From a virus (lineage: Duplodnaviria; Caudoviricetes), in IMG/VR virus record IMGVR_UViG_3300037762_000057, positions 1 through 28,588 of that record: a DNA stretch of 28,588 bases; one strand, written 5' to 3'. Both the position numbers and the translations under genes were made by a program. Under the pieces are notes generated by a model. The model searched no databases. It was not told where the DNA came from and saw only the letters and a list, made by a program, of their open reading frames with translations. Shown piece after piece: positions 6,535 through 15,973 of this stretch (position 1 is the stretch's first letter; each line of letters starts with the position of its first letter).

Positions 6535-7957
6535 CGAGCTGGCGTTGCTCGTGGCGGAACTCGAGCGGCGGGCCTCGTGTCATTTCGGCCAGTACTTCCC
6601 TGACAGCGGCCCGTTTGCCCGCGATAAATACCCCAAGCAATTGGAATTCTTCGACGCTGGCAGTCGGTACAAAGAGCGGTTGTTCATGGCGGCGAACCGT
6701 GTCGGGAAGTCGGAAGGCGGTGCGTATGAGGTGACCTGTCATTTAACCGGCAGGTATCCGGGTTGGTGGACGGGCCGGCGCTTCACGAGCCCGGTGGAGG
6801 TCTGGGCCTGTGGTACCACATCGGAAACCACCCGAGACATTGTGCAGACCAAGCTGTTCGGGGCGGCGGATCAGGTGGGGGTGTGGATGGGCGGGATGGT
6901 CCCGCCGAACCTAATTACCAAGCACACCAGGCGTCCGCATGGGCTCCCGAATTCGCTGGAGAGCGTGTGGGTCAAGCACGTCTCTGGTGGGACCAGTATC
7001 GTCGGACTGAAGACCTACGAGCAGGGCCGGAAGTCGTTTGAAGGCACGGCGAAGCATGTGATCTGGTGCGACGAAGAGCCGCCGGCAGACTGCTACACGG
7101 AAATGCTCTATCGGACGCTGACGACGCAGGGGGTGGTGTTAACGACATTCACGCCGTTACAGGGCATGTCGGAAGTGGTGACAGGCTTCCTTGAGCCCAC
7201 CGAAGAGGGCGCGGTCCATAAGTTCTACATTCAAGCGGGCTGGAAGGATGTCCCGCATCTCTCGGAAGCGGACAAGGCGGCACTGATTGCCACCACACCG
7301 CCCTATCAGGTCAAGGCGAGGACCGAAGGTGAGCCCGTCTTGGGTTCGGGCGCCATTTACCCGATTAACGAAGAGTCGATCACTGTGCCGACGCGCGCGA
7401 TTCCAGACACATGGCGTCGGGTCTATGGCATGGATGTGGGGTGGAACCGGACGGCGGTGATTTGGGCCGCAGAGGATCCGGGGAGTAGTGCGTTTGAGTT
7501 GTATGACTTGCATTACATGGGGCAGGGCGAACCGGCCAGTCATGCGATGGCCATCAAGGCTCGTGGCGAGTGGGTGCAAGGCGTGATCGATCCGGCGTCG
7601 GTGGCGAGCTCACAAAAGGATGGTGAGAAGCTGATCGACATCTACCGCAGCCCGGAATTGGGTCTGCGGTTGCAGTTTGCTGAGAACGCCGTCGAAGCTG
7701 GCATCACGGCGACGTGGAATCTCTTTATTTCCGGTCGGTTAAGGGTGCAGGCGCATCTTGCGGCGTGGTTTAGCGAGTTTCGGAAGTATCACCGGGACGA
7801 GAAGGGGAAGATCGTCAAGGCGAACGATCACCTCATGGACGCCACGCGCTATTTAGTGGTGTCCGGGCGTCCGTATTTGAAGGTGAAGCCCGTGAAAGAG
7901 ATTGATCGCAGCACCTATGTCCACACGGGCTCGATTGGGGCATTCCAGGGCATCTGA
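6524..7957 (+). CDS. terL: Terminase large subunit (P22 gp2-like)
   Basis: Walker A AANRVGKS, Walker B VIWCDEEP, TFTP coupling motif, nuclease motifs GMDVGW and DHLMDATRY. Start placed at 6524 after GGGAG. Confidence 0.95.
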   Translation: MPSNELALLVAELERRASCHFGQYFPDSGPFARDKYPKQLEFFDAGSRYKERLFMAANRVGKSEGGAYEVTCHLTGRYPGWWTGRRFTSPVEVWACGTTSETTRDIVQTKLFGAADQVGVWMGGMVPPNLITKHTRRPHGLPNSLESVWVKHVSGGTSIVGLKTYEQGRKSFEGTAKHVIWCDEEPPADCYTEMLYRTLTTQGVVLTTFTPLQGMSEVVTGFLEPTEEGAVHKFYIQAGWKDVPHLSEADKAALIATTPPYQVKARTEGEPVLGSGAIYPINEESITVPTRAIPDTWRRVYGMDVGWNRTAVIWAAEDPGSSAFELYDLHYMGQGEPASHAMAIKARGEWVQGVIDPASVASSQKDGEKLIDIYRSPELGLRLQFAENAVEAGITATWNLFISGRLRVQAHLAAWFSEFRKYHRDEKGKIVKANDHLMDATRYLVVSGRPYLKVKPVKEIDRSTYVHTGSIGAFQGI

Positions 7958-10269
7958 TGGCAGACACTGACACGACCGTAGACCCCCGCGTGCGTGATGC
8001 ACGCTCGTTCTGCACCATGGCCACCGAATGGCGGTCCAAGCAGTTGAAGCGGGAGAATGAGGATCTCGCCTTTCAGGTGCCGGATCTGCAATGGACCGAT
8101 GAGGCCCGCAGGCGTTTTGACGGCGGGGTGATCAACGGGATCTTCTCCCCGCCGCGGCCGATTCTGAGCATCTCGAAGATTGACCAGCCGATCCAGTTGG
8201 TGTTAAACCAAGAGCGGCAGGCGCACCTTGGCGTCAACATTCATCCGCTGTCCGAGAAGGCCAATAAGAAGACCGCCGAGCGCCTGCAGGACATCTACCG
8301 AGGCATCGAGCGCGATTCGTTCGCGGACTTGGGTCGTACGTGGGCCTACGAACGCGGTGTGAAGGCTGGCACGGGTGTCTATCGCGCTTTAACAGAATTC
8401 GCGAATGAGGTCTTCGAGGGACCGGGCATCTTTGATCAGCGGATCGTCATCAAGCGAATTCTCGATCAGCGGTGCGTGTTGCTCGATCCATTCGCGACAG
8501 AGCCGGATTGGTCAGACGGTCAAAAGGCGCTGATTTACGAGATGGTGCCGTTTGACCGCTACAGGCGCCAGTATCCCAAGTCCAAGATGGCCGATTTCAA
8601 CGCCTTGGACTTCGACGGGTTGAACGATGAGATAGGCGAGGGCTGGTACACCGGGACCGAGGACGAAGGGCGCCAGATTCGCGTGGCGGAGTTTTTCTAC
8701 ATCGAATACGAAGAGCGGACGCTGACATTTAGCGAGCGGTCGCGCGTCTACCAGAAGCCGATTGTGAAGTGGTGCAAGGTGAACGGTGTGGAAGTGCTGG
8801 AAGAGGGCGTCATCCCCGGCGACTACATTCCGCTGTTCCCCGTGTTAGGGCAGGAGCTACAGCCGTTTGACGATCAGCGGCGGTTCTTCGGGCTGATTTC
8901 GCGGGCGAAGGATGCGCAGCGGCTCTTGAATATCGAGGTGAGTAACGCGGTCAATAAGGACGCGCTGGCCACCAAGGTGCCGTGGCTGGTGGCTGAGGGG
9001 CAAGAGGAAGGCCACGAGCAAGAGTTTGAACTGAGCACGACCCGGAACTTGGCGATGATTCGCTACAAGCCGACATCCCTGAATGGGCAACCCGTGGCCC
9101 CGCCTCAGCGGATGCTGGAGAGCCCGGATCTGAGTTCCAGCCTGCAGTTGATCCAGCAGGCCAACGACTACATCCAGGCGACGACGTTTACGTATGACCC
9201 GTCACTGGGTAAGCAGTCCAGAGGCCAGAAGCCCGCCAAAGCCATCATGGCGGAGCAGCAGCAGAGCGAGCAGGGAAATAGCAACTACCTCGATAACCTC
9301 TCGCGGGCCATGCGACATGAGGCGCGGGTGGTAATGGGGATGATCCCTGCCATCTACGACCGCCCCGGCCGGCGCGTGCGCGGGGTGGATGTGCAGGGCA
9401 AGGAACAAGAGTTCATCATTAACCAGCCGTTTGTGCCTGGTGAGGATGGGCGTCCGATGCCGATCGAGGTCGAAGAGGGGCAACCGTTGCCACCGAAGGC
9501 GCAGATGATTGACCTTCGGGAAGCCGGCTATGGCGTATCGGTGCGCATTGGGAAGAGCGCGAAATCGCGGATGGAGGCTGGGTCCACGTCGTTGGGCCAA
9601 CTGATCGAGGCTGATCCGCAGGGCATGATGCCATTGCTCGGCGCAACGTGGATGGAGTTCCAGGATTTCCCCGGTGCGACAGAGGCGGCGGAGATTCTGC
9701 GCCAGAAGTTCCCGCTCCCGCCGAAGGAAGGCGAGGAGGAGTCGCCCGAACAACTCAAGGCGAAGTTGAGCCAATTGACCGAGATGCTAGAAATAGCGAA
9801 ACAGGAAATGGACGCCATGAAGCAGGCGTTGGAGACGAAGCAAGTTGAGCAGCAGGGCAAGATCGCGGCGGAACAGGCCAAGGGGCAGACGACCGCACAG
9901 ATCGAGCAGATGAAGGCCGACATGGAGGTCTATCGCATGGAGCAGCAGGCCGTCTTTGATGAACGGCTAGCCAAGCTCGAAGGGCGAATCAAACTGTTGC
10001 TGCAGGACGATCAACAGGCGCATGAGATGGCGATGGCGGGGGCGACGGCGGCGCAAGGGGAAGCCGACGCGGAGGCAGGGCGTGAACACGATGCCAACAT
10101 GGGGCGGCAATCGGCTGAAGCCAGCGCGCTGCAAGGCCAACAGGGGCATCGGCAGGCGATGGAGCAAGGAGATCGCGCGCATCAGCAGGGGCTAGAGAGT
10201 CAGACACAGGCGGAGACGGCTGCGGAGAAGCAGGCGCGGCTGAAGCCGAAGGCGGGAGCAGGCGAATGA
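7957..10269 (+). CDS. Portal protein (P22 gp1-like) with long C-terminal helical barrel
   Basis: 770 aa after terL. QW...RP.L motif, IPGDYIPLFPV, GLISRAKDAQRLLN, IPAIYD and a Q/E-rich coiled-coil C-terminus. Confidence 0.93.
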   Translation: MADTDTTVDPRVRDARSFCTMATEWRSKQLKRENEDLAFQVPDLQWTDEARRRFDGGVINGIFSPPRPILSISKIDQPIQLVLNQERQAHLGVNIHPLSEKANKKTAERLQDIYRGIERDSFADLGRTWAYERGVKAGTGVYRALTEFANEVFEGPGIFDQRIVIKRILDQRCVLLDPFATEPDWSDGQKALIYEMVPFDRYRRQYPKSKMADFNALDFDGLNDEIGEGWYTGTEDEGRQIRVAEFFYIEYEERTLTFSERSRVYQKPIVKWCKVNGVEVLEEGVIPGDYIPLFPVLGQELQPFDDQRRFFGLISRAKDAQRLLNIEVSNAVNKDALATKVPWLVAEGQEEGHEQEFELSTTRNLAMIRYKPTSLNGQPVAPPQRMLESPDLSSSLQLIQQANDYIQATTFTYDPSLGKQSRGQKPAKAIMAEQQQSEQGNSNYLDNLSRAMRHEARVVMGMIPAIYDRPGRRVRGVDVQGKEQEFIINQPFVPGEDGRPMPIEVEEGQPLPPKAQMIDLREAGYGVSVRIGKSAKSRMEAGSTSLGQLIEADPQGMMPLLGATWMEFQDFPGATEAAEILRQKFPLPPKEGEEESPEQLKAKLSQLTEMLEIAKQEMDAMKQALETKQVEQQGKIAAEQAKGQTTAQIEQMKADMEVYRMEQQAVFDERLAKLEGRIKLLLQDDQQAHEMAMAGATAAQGEADAEAGREHDANMGRQSAEASALQGQQGHRQAMEQGDRAHQQGLESQTQAETAAEKQARLKPKAGAGE

Positions 10270-10466
10270 GCGTGACCGCCTTCCGCCCCTACAAGCCGCG
10301 CCGCAAGGTCAAGATCGAGCCGCTGAGCCATGTCGTGGCCCAGATGCAAGGGCTTCTCGATACCGAGCCCGATCCAGACGATGCGAGCGCGGTGGCGTTT
10401 CATGGGCTGGTGAGTCAGTGGCACGCGATGTTACAGGCGGCGATCGTGGATGAAGCCAAGCACTAA
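10266..10466 (+). CDS. Hypothetical protein
   Basis: ATGA overlap with the portal gene. Confidence 0.6.
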   Translation: MSVTAFRPYKPRRKVKIEPLSHVVAQMQGLLDTEPDPDDASAVAFHGLVSQWHAMLQAAIVDEAKH

Positions 10467-10467
10467 G

Positions 10468-10695
10468 ATGAGCACCAAGCGCGGCCGTCCACCGCTCCCG
10501 CCAGAACAGCGCAAGACTGTGCCCGTTACGGTCTGGATGACGGCTGACGTGTTTCAGGTGGTCTGTCGTATTTCTGGCCGCCTCGATAAAGACCTCAGCG
10601 AAATTGGCCGGGCGTATTTCGAGCGGTTGGCGGAACGCGACCGCGAATTAATCGCACAGAATAAATCGGTTGAATTGGAGCTGACCACACGATAG
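10468..10695 (+). CDS. Putative ribbon-helix-helix DNA-binding protein
   Basis: KRGRPPLPPEQRK then alternating TVPVTVWMT strand and two helices (..DLSEIGR..). Confidence 0.65.
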   Translation: MSTKRGRPPLPPEQRKTVPVTVWMTADVFQVVCRISGRLDKDLSEIGRAYFERLAERDRELIAQNKSVELELTTR

Positions 10696-10699
10696 CGGT

Positions 10700-11698
10700 G
10701 TGAGTGATCCGACCGCTCCAGCGGTTGTAGACGACATCGAGGTCGAATCCTCGACACCCGTCACGGCTCCCGTCTCCGCGCCATCCGTTGCCGTCGAAGC
10801 CATTGAAGAGGCCGACGCGATTGAGGCGCGCGATCCGGGCGATGAGGACGAGCCACAGCCGGAACAGCCCAAAGCGAAGCCGCGTAACAGCATCCAAGCC
10901 AAGATTGATCAGGCGGTTGGACGCCAGCGCGAAGCCGAGCGCCGAGCCGACGCCGCCGAGCGTGAATTGGCGCAGTCTCGCCAGCCGAGAGAGCAGCCAC
11001 AGGCACGCCGCGAGCCGCAGTACACGCGAGCCAAGCCCACTGAAGCCGAAATCGGCACGAAGTATCAGGACTATCCGGCCTTCATCGAAGATTTACAGGA
11101 TTGGAAGCTCGAGCAGCGAGATGCCCAGCAGGCCGAGCACAATCAGCGCGCCGCGGTGGCCCAGCGCCACGAGCAGCACGCCACGAAGTTCAGCGAGCGC
11201 ATCGCGAAGGCGGAAGAGGGTGATCCGCAGTTCTGGACGAAGATTGCGCCCGAGATTGCCGACCTCGTGCCCTCATCGTCCTACGATCCAATGCAACTCC
11301 GGAGCGCAGCGGACGCGGCCCGTCAGGGGAACCCACAGGCGCGTCTCTTCCTAGGAAAAGTCGGCATTGCCGACGCGATTTTCGATTCGGAGTACTCGAC
11401 CGAACTCATGGCGCATTTCAGCGCCAATCTGCAAGCGTTTCAGCGCCTCTCGACGCTGCCCCCGCGTCTGTTAGACCGGGAAATCGGGAGACTCGAAGGT
11501 ATGTTTTCGCGTCCGGCGGCTGCTTCCTCTGGCCCAGCCCCGAAGACGCCTGTCATTAGTTCCGCGCCGCCGCCTATTAAGCCAGTAGGCACCACGGCCA
11601 GTACCGCAGAACGCGATCCGCTCGCGGAAGACCTGGATATTGACGAACACATCCGGGTCATGAACGCGCGAGACAAAAAGGGTCGATTCGTGCGGTAG
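10700..11698 (+). CDS. Scaffolding protein
   Basis: Between portal and coat. Acidic N-terminus, coiled coil, EIGRLE and SAPPPIKPV motifs typical of P22-like scaffolds. Confidence 0.85.
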   Translation: MSDPTAPAVVDDIEVESSTPVTAPVSAPSVAVEAIEEADAIEARDPGDEDEPQPEQPKAKPRNSIQAKIDQAVGRQREAERRADAAERELAQSRQPREQPQARREPQYTRAKPTEAEIGTKYQDYPAFIEDLQDWKLEQRDAQQAEHNQRAAVAQRHEQHATKFSERIAKAEEGDPQFWTKIAPEIADLVPSSSYDPMQLRSAADAARQGNPQARLFLGKVGIADAIFDSEYSTELMAHFSANLQAFQRLSTLPPRLLDREIGRLEGMFSRPAAASSGPAPKTPVISSAPPPIKPVGTTASTAERDPLAEDLDIDEHIRVMNARDKKGRFVR

Positions 11699-11728
11699 CT
11701 CTGCGCGCTCGCGCAGGGAGTGTGAAAG

Positions 11729-12967
11729 ATGGCGAATACGTTTGTCACCAGTTCGCTGGTGACGAAGGAGATCGCGCGGGGGTTTACGAACGAGGTCAAG
11801 TTTCTCGCCAACGTGAATCGCACCTATGACGATCAGTACAAGCTGTTCGGGACCAAAGTCGGCGCCACCGTTAACGCCCGCATGCCGCAGCGGCTTGTGG
11901 CGAGTGACGGTCAAGCGTTACAGCTCCAGAATCTCTTCGATCAGACCGTGCCGATCACGCTGACCAACCAGAAGCAAGTGGCCTTTGGCTGGTCGAGCGC
12001 ACAGGCGACGACGGACATCGAAGACATTCGGAAGCGCTATATCAATCCTGGGGCCGAGACGTTGGCGAATGCCGCCGATGTGCTCGCGTTCGCGGCGGTC
12101 TATCGGGATGTCTATAGCTCGGTCGGCACGCCGGGCACCACGCCGAGTTCCGCGCTGACCTACCTGCAGGCCGGCGTGAAGCTGACCGACCTTTCGACGC
12201 CGCAGAGTGGCCGCGTGGGTATGTTGGACCCGCTGGCGATGGCGACCATTGCCAATTCCACGGCGACCCAGTTCCACCCTGGTGGGGCCATGTCAGAGAA
12301 CTGGCGCAAAGGCCAGTTTGCCGGCAATCAGTTGGGGCTCGACGCCTGGTATCAGGACGTGAACCGTCCGGTGCATACCACGGGCACGTTCACAGCCTCG
12401 ACGCCGCTGGTGGATGGGGCGAGCCAGACCGGCTCGACCCTGGATACCAACGGATGGGCGTCCAGTGCCGCCACGCTGAAGCGTGGCGACATCTTCACGA
12501 TCGCCGGGGTCTACAGCGTCAACCCGCTCAGCTACGCCTCCACAGGCCGGTTGCAGCAGTTTGTCGTGACTGCGGATACGACCTCGGTCGGCGTGGATAT
12601 GGAGACGTTGCCGATCAGCCCGTCGATTATCACCTCGGGTGCGCTCCAGACGGTGACGAACTCACCGGACAACGATGCGGTGATCACGGTGCTGGGGGCC
12701 ACCTCGCCGTCTGGCGGGACGCTCGCGACCACGGTCTCTCCGCAGTCGCTGGTCTACCACCCGGATGCGTTCGCGTTCGTGATGGCGGATCTCGTGAAGC
12801 CCTCGGCGGGCTGCGAGGCGACGATTGTCCGGTCGAAAGCGTTTGGCTTCTCGATTCGTATGGTCGAGCAGTACCAGATTGGTACGGACCAGAATCCAAC
12901 CCGGTTGGACATGCTCATCGGAGCGGCCACCCTTCAGGCGCGGCTGGCCGCGAGAGTGTGGGGTTAA
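11729..12967 (+). CDS. Major capsid protein (P22 gp5 coat family)
   Basis: MANTFVT..., VNRTYDDQY, GATVNARMP, an insertion domain (LKRGDIFTIAGV..VNP), YHPDAFAF and TRLDMLIG. AGGGAG RBS. Confidence 0.93.
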   Translation: MANTFVTSSLVTKEIARGFTNEVKFLANVNRTYDDQYKLFGTKVGATVNARMPQRLVASDGQALQLQNLFDQTVPITLTNQKQVAFGWSSAQATTDIEDIRKRYINPGAETLANAADVLAFAAVYRDVYSSVGTPGTTPSSALTYLQAGVKLTDLSTPQSGRVGMLDPLAMATIANSTATQFHPGGAMSENWRKGQFAGNQLGLDAWYQDVNRPVHTTGTFTASTPLVDGASQTGSTLDTNGWASSAATLKRGDIFTIAGVYSVNPLSYASTGRLQQFVVTADTTSVGVDMETLPISPSIITSGALQTVTNSPDNDAVITVLGATSPSGGTLATTVSPQSLVYHPDAFAFVMADLVKPSAGCEATIVRSKAFGFSIRMVEQYQIGTDQNPTRLDMLIGAATLQARLAARVWG

Positions 12968-12970
12968 GTC

Positions 12971-13606
12971 ATGGCTTTAGCAACCACCACGCTCGCGAGT
13001 GCCGTTTCGGTGGATGACAACTCGATTGTCGTCGCCTCTGCCACAGACGTGGCCGCGGGTCGATTGGTCCTCGTGGATCAGGAACTGATGAGGGTCACGC
13101 AGGGCTACTCGAGCGGGACGACCGTGTCGGTGCTCCGCGGACAGGATGGGACCAAGACCTCCGCGCATGTCATCACGGCCGCCGTCACGCACGGTGACGC
13201 GGCTGATTTCTCCGCTCCCGGCCCACAGGCCAGTGTGACGTATCAGGTGTCTGGGCGTTCGGTGATTGTCGCCAGCGTGACGGCGACCAGCACGCTCACG
13301 CTCCCGCCCGCGGGGACGGATATGCGCGTGATCATCAACGCGACCAGCGCGATCACCCTCACGATTCCGGTCCCGACGAAGGACATGGACGGGACGACGC
13401 TCTGGATCGTGTCCAGCACCGTCGCCGCGCATGTGCCGACGTTCACGGGCGGGCTCGGTGGGGTGGGATCTGGCTACACCGCGCTGACGGCGGCGACGGG
13501 CGCGCAGGTATGCGTGCAAGCCATCGCCTGTAACGGCGCCTGGAATATTCCCTCGGCGCCGGCTTGGACTGGCACGGTCACGAAGGTGACGGGAGGGATC
13601 GCGTAA
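12971..13606 (+). CDS. Putative capsid decoration/accessory virion protein (paralog A)
   Basis: Thr/Ala/Val-rich. TTLASAV...VDQELM.V...V.RG.DGT...H domain. Immediately after the coat gene. Confidence 0.7.
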   Translation: MALATTTLASAVSVDDNSIVVASATDVAAGRLVLVDQELMRVTQGYSSGTTVSVLRGQDGTKTSAHVITAAVTHGDAADFSAPGPQASVTYQVSGRSVIVASVTATSTLTLPPAGTDMRVIINATSAITLTIPVPTKDMDGTTLWIVSSTVAAHVPTFTGGLGGVGSGYTALTAATGAQVCVQAIACNGAWNIPSAPAWTGTVTKVTGGIA

Positions 13607-14316
13607 TGGCTGTCAATGAACTGCGACCCACGGGGAACGCGGACGGCTCGGCGATTGTCACGCCGAGTCGGACGGGCAAATACCTCGAAGCGTACACCCT
13701 CCCGATGGGCCTGGGCCGCCACCTGTTGGCGGATGAAGGCTCGTACTGGACGGCCAGCTCGGTCATTGGCACGGACATCACGGCGCACGCCGCGCCGACG
13801 ATTGCGAATGCCGAAACCAAGCCGATCATTCACCTGTTCAACGGTGGGACGAATGACGTGTACCTCGACTACATCGAGATGCTGACCACGATTGCCAACG
13901 CGAGCGCGACGGCGGTCGGGTTCACAATCTACCTCGATGCGGCTGGGGCGACCAACCGCACAGGCGGCGGCTCAGCGATCACCCCGGTCAACACTCGCAG
14001 CAATTCCACCACGTCCACGGGCGTGACGATGTACGCGGGGGCCGTGACGGCTGTGGGAGTCGCGCCGAAGAAAGCGTTTAGCCGCGTCATCAAGGAGTTC
14101 ATTGGTGTCGCGCTGGATCGCTACTCGTTTAGCTTCGGTAACGGGCTGAACGGGAATCCGACGACCTCATATACCGCTGGTGCGACGAATATCTGCACCT
14201 TCGGGCCGCCGATCGTGTTGGCGCCGGGTGGGAATCTCTGTTTCTGCCAAGTCTCGCCCTCGGGCGCGGGCACGGCAGCGACGTTTCAGTTCGAGCTGGG
14301 GTTCTACGAGAGGTAG
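13606..14316 (+). CDS. Putative beta-rich virion protein
   Basis: TAATG overlap and GGGAGG RBS give a start at 13606. Thr/Gly-rich and ends in FYER. Confidence 0.7.
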   Translation: MAVNELRPTGNADGSAIVTPSRTGKYLEAYTLPMGLGRHLLADEGSYWTASSVIGTDITAHAAPTIANAETKPIIHLFNGGTNDVYLDYIEMLTTIANASATAVGFTIYLDAAGATNRTGGGSAITPVNTRSNSTTSTGVTMYAGAVTAVGVAPKKAFSRVIKEFIGVALDRYSFSFGNGLNGNPTTSYTAGATNICTFGPPIVLAPGGNLCFCQVSPSGAGTAATFQFELGFYER

Positions 14317-14318
14317 CG

Positions 14319-14549
14319 ATGGCGAAAAAGAAACCCGACGACGGCCTGACGGCCGACGAACTGAAAGAAGTGCAGACGTTTGAAACGAACGTGGAACGGG
14401 AGGAAGCCAAGGAGGCGGCCTCCCCGGCGTTGGAAGCGAAGAAACGTGCGCTCCAGCATCCCGTGATCGAGTTTCCGAAGATGGTCAAGGGCCGCTCGTT
14501 CCAGACCCGTGCTGAGCAGGACGCCGCTGGGCCGGAGTTTGCCGACTGA
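14319..14549 (+). CDS. Small hypothetical protein (FPKMV motif)
   Basis: GAGAGG RBS. Shares FPKMV with 15018-15548. Confidence 0.7.
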   Translation: MAKKKPDDGLTADELKEVQTFETNVEREEAKEAASPALEAKKRALQHPVIEFPKMVKGRSFQTRAEQDAAGPEFAD

Positions 14550-15010
14550 TGGCGGCACTCGCCACGCTCGCCACGACCACGCTCAGCACGGCTGTGGAGC
14601 CGAACGACTCGGCGGTGATCCTCGCCTCGCTGGAGGGGATCACGCCGGGCCTGCGGCTGTATGTCGATCAGGAACTCATGGGCGTGCGGTCGATCGGCAT
14701 CGGGACAACGGTCCATGTCTTCCGTGGTGTGGATGGGACTGCGACCACACGGCATGCCTCGAGTCGGACGGTGACGATTGGCCGGGCGGATCAGTTCTAT
14801 GACCACGATCCGATCGGCCCTCCGCCGGCACAACTCCTCGTGACGCCCTGGATCAACGTGCTGACGGGGGCGCAGTGGACGGCACAGGGGGATGAGACGG
14901 GCGCGGATGCCGCGGGCCGCTGGTGGGCCAAGACGGAACACACGCATGGCGTGGGATCGCTTGGGGTTAGAACGACGACCGCGGCGGCCTCCACGGTGAC
15001 GGTGACATAG
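14549..15010 (+). CDS. Putative accessory virion protein (paralog B of 12971-13606)
   Basis: LATTTLSTAV...VDQELMGV...GTTVHVFRGVDGT...H aligns with paralog A. Confidence 0.75.
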   Translation: MAALATLATTTLSTAVEPNDSAVILASLEGITPGLRLYVDQELMGVRSIGIGTTVHVFRGVDGTATTRHASSRTVTIGRADQFYDHDPIGPPPAQLLVTPWINVLTGAQWTAQGDETGADAAGRWWAKTEHTHGVGSLGVRTTTAAASTVTVT

Positions 15011-15017
15011 GAGTGTT

Positions 15018-15548
15018 ATGGGAATAGTTCGAACCGGAACGTCAGCGTACGATCGCGAGCTTGCTAAGTGGGACACGCCACGGAATCAGCGCGTCAAAGA
15101 CGCCGAAGGGAACGAGACCGACGTGATGGGCATGGGAGCGATCGGCCACGAGCCCTTCCCGAAGATGGTCTACAAGGCGCACCGCCGTGAGAACGGCAAG
15201 GTGATGTGCATGGACCTCGACGCCATCTACGCCATCGATCTCGCCGTGCAGGCGCGGGCGGAGGCGTTCAATCGCACGTGTCAACTCACGGTGAACAGCG
15301 AAGGTGAACTGCTGCGCGCGAAGGATCAGGGCTGGTGTGACTCTCCCGATGACGCGCTGGCGTATCACGAACGGCTGCAGCAGGACATCGCGATCGCAGC
15401 GGCAGAGGAAGCCAATCGTGTGCGCACGATGAGCGAGAAGGCCCAGCGGGAACACGCCGAGCTTGACGCGGCCACCGATGCGCCCGTGACGGATGTCCCG
15501 GCGCCGAAGCGGCGACCCGGACGGCCACCGAAGGTGCAGGCCGCGTAA
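15018..15548 (+). CDS. Hypothetical head-region protein
   Basis: AGGAG RBS. FPKMVY...V.SE.E....GW.DSP pattern and an RRPGRPPK tail. Confidence 0.75.
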   Translation: MGIVRTGTSAYDRELAKWDTPRNQRVKDAEGNETDVMGMGAIGHEPFPKMVYKAHRRENGKVMCMDLDAIYAIDLAVQARAEAFNRTCQLTVNSEGELLRAKDQGWCDSPDDALAYHERLQQDIAIAAAEEANRVRTMSEKAQREHAELDAATDAPVTDVPAPKRRPGRPPKVQAA

Positions 15549-15970
15549 TGCGTCGTCTTCTGGCGTTCATCGGTGTCTGGCTGTTGCTGGGCGGGATCGC
15601 GGAGGCGCAATCCGGGCTCCCGGTGCAATGCACTGTCACCGTCTCCACCGCCACCACGCTCACGGCGGTTGGGGGCCAGTGTGCGGCCGGGGATACGCAA
15701 CTCGCGCTCTACATCACGGATATTGCGTTTGCGACCAATGCGGGGGCCATCGCAGCGGATAGCTTCAATACCCTGAAGTACGGCAGCGGGTCCGCGTGTG
15801 GGACGGGCACGATCACGCTCTGGTCGGCCATGACGGTGGCGGCGACACAAACCACGGTGATCCAGAGTTTCCGTAGTCCGCTCCGCGTGCCCGCCGACAA
15901 AGATCTGTGCTGGATCAATTCGACGGCCGGATCCAAAGCGCTGGTCATTACCGGCTATCGCGCGCCGTGA
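15548..15970 (+). CDS. Signal-peptide-bearing beta-rich protein
   Basis: MRR + hydrophobic LLAFIGVWLLLGGI + AEA|Q. Four Cys in the mature part. TAATG overlap. Confidence 0.75.
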   Translation: MRRLLAFIGVWLLLGGIAEAQSGLPVQCTVTVSTATTLTAVGGQCAAGDTQLALYITDIAFATNAGAIAADSFNTLKYGSGSACGTGTITLWSAMTVAATQTTVIQSFRSPLRVPADKDLCWINSTAGSKALVITGYRAP

Positions 15971-15973
15971 CCG

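Noticed and set aside
12965-12973. Stop-codon readthrough fusing coat to the next gene (TAA-GTC-ATG in frame)
   Set aside because: TAA is rarely read through, and the same 3-nt spacing occurs at 15970/15974 and 16699/16703, so it looks like ordinary gene packing.
14129-15076. Long minus-strand and alternate-frame ORFs over structural genes (e.g. this 315-aa ORF)
   Set aside because: Arg/Pro-rich shadow frames expected at high GC, fully overlapping well-supported genes and lacking motifs.
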